Positions 1 to 6,300 of a stretch of 26,425 nt of DNA are shown one piece after another. The position numbers were made by a program, and so were the translations under genes. Source of the stretch: Rhodospirillales bacterium. Its GTDB lineage: Bacteria; Pseudomonadota; Alphaproteobacteria; Acetobacterales; Acetobacteraceae. Numbering within the stretch: the stretch's first letter is position 1; each line of letters opens with the position of its first letter. Where the stretch lies: positions 1 to 26,425 of the forward strand of contig JAYTQP010000115.1 in assembly GCA_043746675.1 (NCBI GenBank), given 5' to 3'. The notes under the pieces were generated by a model, which saw only the letters and a program-made list of their open reading frames with translations, searched no databases and was not told the origin of the DNA.

Positions 1-1115
1 ACGCGGTTGATGATCACCACACGCCCGTTGCCGACCGTGATTTGTTCGATTTGCGGGCGATCGCTGGCCAGCCAGTCGGTGATGTGGCGTTCGACTGCCG
101 TCGGATCGCGGTTGGCAAAGTTGCCCGCAGCCCGGCTGAGTGCCAGCAATTCCTGGGCGGGCATGCCTGCGTGGAGCAGTTCGCTCGGCAATCCGAACAA
201 CGCGCGATATTGCCGGTTGCTGATCAGCAGACGTTGCTGTGAATCCAGCATCAGCAGCCCTTGCCCCATACTGTTGAGCGCGGCATCGAGCATACGGTTG
301 GCAATTTCCAACTGCGCACCGCGCCGCGTCGCTTCTTCCGCGGTCTCCCGAAAGATCGCGATGGCCCGGGCCATGTCGCCGACCTCATCGGGGTCGTCGA
401 GCGATGGCAGCGACAACACCCGGTCATGCCGCGCCAGCCGCAGCATGGCAATGGTAATCCGCCCGAACCGCCGCAATGCCCCGCCAATCACCGTTAGCGC
501 CACCACCCCCGCTCCCCAGGCGGCCACGCAAAACAAGCCAGTCCAAAGCAGCACGGTGCGAGCGCGGGCGCGTGACGCCTGTTCCATGGTGACAGTCGTA
601 TCGAGCATCAGCATGCGCCAGGTACGGAGTTTGTCGGCGAGGCCATCGGCCTCGGTCTCGAACACGGTGCGACGATCGGGCGATCGACCTTGCTCCAAAA
701 TTACCATGCCGATCCGCTCAAGTCGCACGATCGCCGCGATGACGGCAGCGTGCTGGGCCATCGCGATGGTGGACAGAAATGGTCTGGCCGCGACGCGCCC
801 GACCATATCCTGCAGCCCGGAGACGTTGCCGGCGAATTCGGCGCGAAGCGCGTTCGAAGCGGGCGCGTTCGAAGCGGGCGCATTCGGCTTGGCGGTCAGC
901 ACGATATCGCGCGCGCGCTGCAACGCTATATCCAGGCTTGCAGCAACGCGCAGGATTTCGAAACCGTCATCGAAAGCGTTTTGTGCCGCGTCGGCGTAGC
1001 GGCGGGTGCCGAGCACGGCGCCGCCGCAGACCAGGCTCACGGTCAACAGCGACAACCAGGCGGTCAGCCGCAATTTTGTGGCCAATGATGGCCGCCAACC
1101 TCGCGCATCCATCAT
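1..1115 (-). CDS. Membrane signalling protein (TM - periplasmic helical region - TM - HAMP - PAS); output domain (GGDEF/EAL or histidine kinase) lies beyond the window start
   Basis: Hand translation of the minus strand from ATG 1115 (in-frame TAG just upstream) is open to position 1: MMDARGWRPSLATKLRLTAWLSLLTVSLVCGGAVLG (TM1) ... LLWTGLFCVAAWGAGVVALTVIGG (TM2), HAMP RFGRITIAMLRLARHDRVLSLPSLDDPDEVGDMARAIAIFRE, then PAS-like LDAALNSMGQGLLMLDSQQRLLISNRQYRALFGLP. No clear RBS, so the exact start is uncertain. Confidence 0.85.
   Translation of the reverse strand, partial: MMDARGWRPSLATKLRLTAWLSLLTVSLVCGGAVLGTRRYADAAQNAFDDGFEILRVAASLDIALQRARDIVLTAKPNAPASNAPASNALRAEFAGNVSGLQDMVGRVAARPFLSTIAMAQHAAVIAAIVRLERIGMVILEQGRSPDRRTVFETEADGLADKLRTWRMLMLDTTVTMEQASRARARTVLLWTGLFCVAAWGAGVVALTVIGGALRRFGRITIAMLRLARHDRVLSLPSLDDPDEVGDMARAIAIFRETAEEATRRGAQLEIANRMLDAALNSMGQGLLMLDSQQRLLISNRQYRALFGLPSELLHAGMPAQELLALSRAAGNFANRDPTAVERHITDWLASDRPQIEQITVGNGRVVIINR
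848..877. repeat. In-frame 15-bp tandem duplication (GCGCGTTCGAAGCGG x2) inside the sensor gene
   Basis: Two exact copies at 848-862 and 863-877 plus a partial third; gives APASN-APASN in the periplasmic domain. Confidence 0.9.
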
Positions 1116-1133
1116 CTAGCGCGCTGACCATGT

Positions 1134-1145
1134 TGCGGTGCAGCA
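1134..1145. promoter_or_regulatory. Candidate PhaR-type operator TGCGGTGCAGCA
   Basis: Exact fit to TGCRNYGCASMA, the alphaproteobacterial PhaR box consensus as I recall it; lies about 19 nt upstream of the sensor start codon. Confidence 0.45.
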
Positions 1146-1519
1146 TTCGATGAGCCCTTCATGTGCGCTCCTCACTGCTAACCCGTTCCGCTGCGGGGCG
1201 CGGCGGAGCGACCATCTTGCGGCGAAAGTGTTGCCAAAACGTTGTCACGGCGCAGCGAATCGCAATTCGCGATGAAATTTCCGACGACGACGAGGCTTGG
1301 CTCGATTCGTGTCCGGCGCGGCCACATCAGTTGCCCGCGTCCTCGCAAATTGCGAGACACGCGCTCCCACAAGGCTGGCACGGCGATTGCATAATATTTA
1401 TATACGATGCCAATGGAGCATCGGTTGCGGACCACCCAGCGCGGAGGCCATTGAAGACACGAAGAAGCGTGACGATGAATAATTGAACAGGGTATCTATT
1501 TTAGCCGGCTATATAAATT

Positions 1520-1551
1520 CTGTAGGCGTGTGCCTGCAGCCTTTTCTTCTT
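1520..1551 (+). terminator. Rho-independent terminator-like hairpin on the plus strand
   Basis: CTGTAGGC-GTGT-GCCTGCAG stem followed by CCTTTTCTTCTT. The stem has a G-U pair on the plus strand that would be an A-C mismatch on the minus strand. Confidence 0.5.
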
Positions 1552-1666
1552 CGTGTCCTTTCTGGCTCGGTCTTTGATTTCTAAAGTACGATTATTTCAA
1601 ACAAAATTTCAATAACGCAAGCGGCCTGGCTTCCATCTATTGCGATGGAGGCCAGGCCGAATTGCG

Positions 1667-2245
1667 TCATCCGGCACCGAGAACGATATCCCATTCAACC
1701 CTTTGCGCCCCGGGCTCGGCGGCAAGATCGGCCGAAATCGGATCGACGATCAACGCCTCCTGCCGGCGGGCGCTTTTCAGGAACGGGTCGATGGCATTGT
1801 AGGGATCGCCGGCGAAATAGAGTTGCGTCACCAGCCGTTCCAGCTTGCCGGTGACGAGAAAATGGATATGCGCCGGGCGGAACGCAGTGGGGCTGACCGG
1901 ATAGGCCTTGGGCCGGATGGTTTTCAGCCGGTAGCGACCTTCCGCATCGCTGTGCAACACCGCGAAGCCGGCGAAATGCGGATCTAACGGCGCCGGGTTT
2001 TCATCCGCCGGATGCATATAGCGGCCGTGCTGGTTGGCCTGCCAGATTTCAATCCGCGCGTCTGCGACCGGCAAACCGTTGCTGGCCATCACCCGGCCAC
2101 TGATATAAAGGATCGTGCCTTCCGCCTGGCCATCGGCATGCTTGGTTAGGTCGCCACTGGCGTCGGCCGGCTGGCTGAGCGGGTAGAACGGCCCCAGGAT
2201 CTGATCCGGGGTGCGCAACAGCGCCGGCGGGGCTGACGTGGACAT
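1667..2245 (-). CDS. Intradiol ring-cleavage dioxygenase, protocatechuate 3,4-dioxygenase beta-subunit-like
   Basis: GPFYP motif, EIWQANQHGRY (Tyr ligand), TIRPKAYP (Tyr ligand), RPAHIHF (Arg and two His ligands), LVTQLYF. No pcaG partner nearby, so pcaH is not asserted. Confidence 0.88.
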   Translation of the reverse strand: MSTSAPPALLRTPDQILGPFYPLSQPADASGDLTKHADGQAEGTILYISGRVMASNGLPVADARIEIWQANQHGRYMHPADENPAPLDPHFAGFAVLHSDAEGRYRLKTIRPKAYPVSPTAFRPAHIHFLVTGKLERLVTQLYFAGDPYNAIDPFLKSARRQEALIVDPISADLAAEPGAQRVEWDIVLGAG

Positions 2246-2486
2246 GCATTGCCTCGTTCTTGCGATATGATCCGAGAGAGGTTAATCGCAGTGTGGCGAT
2301 CGCGCCAGACCGCATCGCATTGCCCGCGGTCACCCGGCAAGCCCTGCTCTACGTGGCGTGGCTGGATTTGTCGCTGCTGCGTCCGCTGGTGCCGCTGGCA
2401 ATAATGTTCATCGTGCCGGGCCTGGTGGATAGAATCATGACCCGCAGCGGGCTTTGGCGCGCGGGCTGGAGGTCACGGGTGGAGGG

Positions 2487-2530
2487 CTGCTTTTTTGAAA
2501 AAAAGCAGGAAAAAACTTTTATCCGTTGGC
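2487..2530. repeat. A/T-tract palindromic dispersed repeat (REP-like; reads FFEKKxxKTF when translated)
   Basis: CTGCTTTTTT-GA-AAAAAAGCAG is a perfect 10-bp inverted repeat (2487-2508), followed by GAAAAAACTTTTATCCGTTGG. It resembles a repeat I recall from Acetobacteraceae intergenic DNA; family assignment is from memory. Confidence 0.55.
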
Positions 2531-2611
2531 CGCGCGGTTGCCTGCGGCGTGCGATGTGGGATAATATTGTGATATAGTAATTAAAAACCGAGCGTCGGCG
2601 CCGCGCGGCGA

Positions 2612-3084
2612 TCAGGTTTTAGCGATTTTTTCCCGCGTTGCGGGCGGAGCGGCTGCGGCAACGAGGGGAGCTGCGACGGTGTCATTTTCCGGGAGTGCCG
2701 GCTTTGGCTGGGGCGGATCGAGCGCGCGCGGCGCGCGCGTGGGCAGGCGGCGATAATGGCGGCGACATCCGGCTGTAGCAGCAGATGTTCGAGATGGCCG
2801 GCATAGCCGGCGGCCTGCCAGCCGAGCGCCCAGATCAGCCAGCCGAATTTTTGCGGCAGGGCGGGGGTGGTTCTCTCCCACGCGGGCCGGGGCTGCCCGG
2901 CACGTGAGGCGTGCAGGCGCGATGGCGCCGAGCCAAGTTCGAGGGCGCGCTTGAAGCGGCGCCGGATGCGGGAGAGGCGCTTCCAGAGCGGCATTAGCAG
3001 CGGGTAGAGATGCGGGATCCTGAGGAAGCGGGTGGCGATCAGGGTTTTGAGGTCCTCCATGATCCGGCCAACCCGGGCGGCCAA
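2612..3084 (-). pseudogene. Hypothetical Arg/Leu-rich protein (LPQKFGWL...GHLEHLLLQPDVAAIIAACP), apparently frameshifted near 2722-2740
   Basis: The N-terminal part is in the 2581..3084 frame. After the CGCGCG run the 2612-stop frame (ALDPPQPKPALPEND...EKIAKT*) has coding-like bias: 15 of 36 codons begin with G and 1 of 36 has G second, the reverse of the continuing frame. No clear ATG or RBS. Confidence 0.45.
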
Positions 3085-3203
3085 TTCGGCCGCTTGCGGC
3101 GCAGACGCCGTGGGGTTGGGAGATGAGGGGCCGGCGCTTCGTTGGGGTTAAGTTTAAGTAATTATCTGTTTTGAGCTTTTGCAAGCGGTTTGTTAGGGCA
3201 GGG

Positions 3204-3224
3204 GGTGGATTGCATCCGCTCTAC
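3204..3224 (-). repeat. GTAG-type REP-like element GTAGAGCGGATGCAATCCACC
   Basis: GTAG tetranucleotide followed by an imperfect hairpin (GGAT-GCA-ATCC), the known layout of GTAG-family REPs; single copy in the window. Confidence 0.4.
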
Positions 3225-3271
3225 GGGGGATGATTGGTCAAGGCGATGGCGGCACTTTATCTGGCGGGTGC

Positions 3272-3302
3272 AAAAACCCCGGCTGCCGGACGGCAACCGG
3301 GG
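3272..3302 (-). terminator. Rho-independent terminator downstream of the giant surface-protein gene
   Basis: Minus strand CCCCGGTTGCC-GTCC-GGCAGCCGGGG-TTTTT, starting 18 nt after the stop at 3321. Confidence 0.9.
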
Positions 3303-3320
3303 CATTTTCAAAATCCTCGA

Positions 3321-6300
3321 TCAGGCGGTCAGGTAGCCGTGGCCGGTGGTGCTGACATAGCCGACCAGTTTTTCGCTGCCGATCTGGTCGCCGATATGCA
3401 TGCCGCCGTTCTGGCCGGTGGTGTCGTAGATCAGGGTTTGCACCGGCGCGGCATGCGCCAGGAAACTGGCCTGGTCGGCAAAGACGAAGGTGTAGAGATT
3501 TTGCCCGGCGGTGGTGCTGAACTGGCCGCCGGCGATGCTGTTGTTGTGAATGTCGGTGGTGGCGTCGGCGTAGAACTTTGCGCCGTTGCCGACCGTGCCT
3601 TCGAAGTAGATTTTTGCCGCCGTGTTGAACGCATTGGCGCTGTTGGTTACTTCAATGAAGGCCATGCCCGTGCTGTTGCTGCCATTGGCCATGGCAACGC
3701 CGTTCTGCAGGTTGGTCGGTGAGACCGTATTGCTGGCATCGTAGGTGAATTCCAGCTTTGCCGCAGCGCCGAAGGCGGTGGACAGCGCCGCGGTGGTCGC
3801 GGTGCCGCCGATCTGAATGTTGTTGGTGGTGACGACCTGCACGTTCACCATGTCGGACGCAGTTACCGTAGTGACCACACAGCCGGTGCCGCTGTCCGTG
3901 TCGGTGCTGCCGTTAGACGAGCAGTTGCTGGTGGAATTGGTTTCCTGTTCGGTGTTCTGCGTGTCGCGCGAAACCGCTTTATCATCGACGCCCGAACTGC
4001 GATGGCTGCTTGCGGCGTTGGTGTTGTCGGTCCGGTCGGACCGCGTGCTGCCCCAGATTTCGTCTGTATTGGCTCCATTCCGGTAGGAACTGCCGCCGTA
4101 GTCGTCTTTAGAGCCGGAGGAGCCATTCCAACCGCTGCTGGAATCGCTGCAGCTGTAGTTGGCGTAACTATCGCTGCCATATCCGTTGTTGCTGTTTCCA
4201 GTGCTGTAACTGCTATTGTAGTCGTTGGAGCCACTGCCGGAGCTGCTGCTGTCGCCGCTTGAGCTTCCGCTGTCGCCGCCAGATTTTATGCTGTCGCCGC
4301 CAGATTTTATGCCGTCGCTGCCGTCGCTTCTGTTCCTGCTGTCGCCGCCAGATTTTCTGCTGTCGTTGCTGTCGCTGCTGTTCCTGCTGTCGCCGCCAGA
4401 TTTTCTGCCGTCGCTGCCGTCGCTGCTGTCGCCGCCTGAGCTTCTGCTGTCGCCGCCGGAGCCGCTGTCGTCGCCGTGATAGTTGCCGGCATTGTCGTCC
4501 GAGCCGCTGCTGGTCGGAGTGGAGGCGCAAATGGTCTGCGCGGTCACGGTCACGTTGTCGATCGCGGTCGCATCACCGATCGCGGTGAGACTGATGGCCG
4601 AGGAGTCACCGGTGCTGGATGTGTCGGTGGTGCCTTGGTTATACTTGTCGGTGCTGTAATTGTCTTGCACACCGCTGGCGCTACCGGCCTTGTCGCCGCC
4701 GCTGTTGTCGGAATTGCCGTTGTAGGAGCTATCGCACGCCTTGACATCGATCTTGCTATAGTCGTTCGAGGCATCATCGCCGCTGCTGGTCTGGAAGCGG
4801 TCATAGGCACTGGTTGAAACCGACCAGGTGGGCGCGCCACCGGTGCCGGCGTAATGCGCATCGGTGACGGAGAAATTCACCGAGGCGCCGTTCATGTTGA
4901 CGCCGTCCGGTACCGTGATCGGCACTCCGGTCATGAACACGCTGCCGGGGTTGCCGCCGGCCGGCAGGGTGGTGGTCCAGCTATGCTGCACGCTGTCCCA
5001 GGTGGTTTTGGGGGTGGCGCAAGATTTGGAGAAGTTCACCGTGCTATCAGGCACATCGTAGTCGTGCTTGGAGCCGTCGGCGTAGGTGATGTGTGCCTTC
5101 ACCCCCTTGAAGCTATAGCTGTTGCCATCGTCGGTCTTGCAGCCGTTGAGCGACGAGCGCGCCCACAGAGTTTCGCCACCCGAGGTGTTGAACCCGGAAA
5201 TATGGGTTTCGCCGGAGGTGCTGCTGTCGTCGGTCCGGTTGCCAGTTTCGTTCACCTTGGCCTGGAAGGTCCAGGTTTCGCCGACATCGAGCACGCCGTT
5301 ATGGTTGGTGTCACCGACGTTATACTGGCTTCCGGCCGCATTCACCGCGACCGGGGTGATGTTATCGGGGGTGACTGAGTTGCCGTGGTTATCGACCAGC
5401 TTGAGAGTGTCGAGCGCGGCGTTGCCGGTGTTGGAAACTTTGTAGGTGTAGGTAACCGTGGTGCCGCAGCCATTGCCGTTGACCGCGTAGGAGGAGGCGG
5501 TTTTATCGACGCTGATCGAGGGGCCGGATTTGACCACGCCTTCGATTGCCGTGCCGGTCTGGCCGGCGAGCAGGGTGGTTGGCGTGCCGACATTGGTGTG
5601 CTGGGTTACGGTATCGCCGGCGGGGGTGGTGACGGCAACTTCGTAGCTGCCGGGCGCAAGGCCAGTGAAGGAGGCGTTGCCGTTGGCGTCCGTGATCGCG
5701 GTTTTGCCGGTGCTGGCGCCGGTGCCGGTCAGCAGCGACACGGTAACGCCGGCCAGGTTGGTTTCGGTGACACCGGACTGAATGCCGTCTTTGTTGGTGT
5801 CGTAATAGACATGGGTGGTGAAGGCGGCCGGGGAGGTGAGCCCTTCGACCGCGGTGCCGGTCTGGCCGGCGAGCAGAGTGGTCGCGGTCAGCACGTTGGT
5901 GTGCTGGGTTACGCTATCGCCGGCGGGGGTGGTGACGGCGACTTCGTAGCTGCCCGGCACGAGACCGGCGAAGGAGACGTTGCCGTTGGCGTCGGTGACG
6001 CTCGTTTTGCCAGTGGCGACGCCGCTGCCGTTCAGCAGGGCAACGGTGACGCCGGCAAGGTTGGTTTCGCCGTTGTTCTGCAGGCTGTCGCCGTTGCTGT
6101 CGAAATACACATGCGTGGTGAACGCCGCCGGGGCGTAGACGCCCTCGACTGCCAAGGTGGTGGCGCCGGCAACGACAGCGACTTCAACCGCGACGTTGCT
6201 GTGCTGGGTTACCACGTCGCCCGCCGGGGCGGCGACGGTAACTTCGTAATTGCCCGGGATGAGGCCGACGAAGGAAACGTTGCCGTTGGCGTCGGTGACC

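Noticed and set aside
7-1153. Plus-strand ORFs 7..999, 690..1088, 779..1153
   Set aside because: Antisense shadows of the minus-strand HAMP-PAS gene; no motifs.
1243-1254. TGTCACGGCGC shared with the minus strand near 9049-9059
   Set aside because: An 11-mer match between intergenic regions is expected by chance in GC-rich DNA.
1163-1486. ORFs 1163..1486 (+), 1297..1482 (+), 1178..1435 (-)
   Set aside because: No convincing RBS, atypical codons and no recognisable motif; region treated as regulatory.
2260-2577. 105-aa plus-strand ORF ending in FFEKKQEKTF
   Set aside because: The distinctive peptide is just the translated A/T-tract repeat; weak start and no family motif.
4262-4470. Possible CRISPR array or ice-nucleation/RTX repeats
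   Set aside because: Repeats are contiguous, in frame and lack unique spacers; no AGYGSTxT octapeptides or GGxGxDxL nonapeptides; no cas genes.
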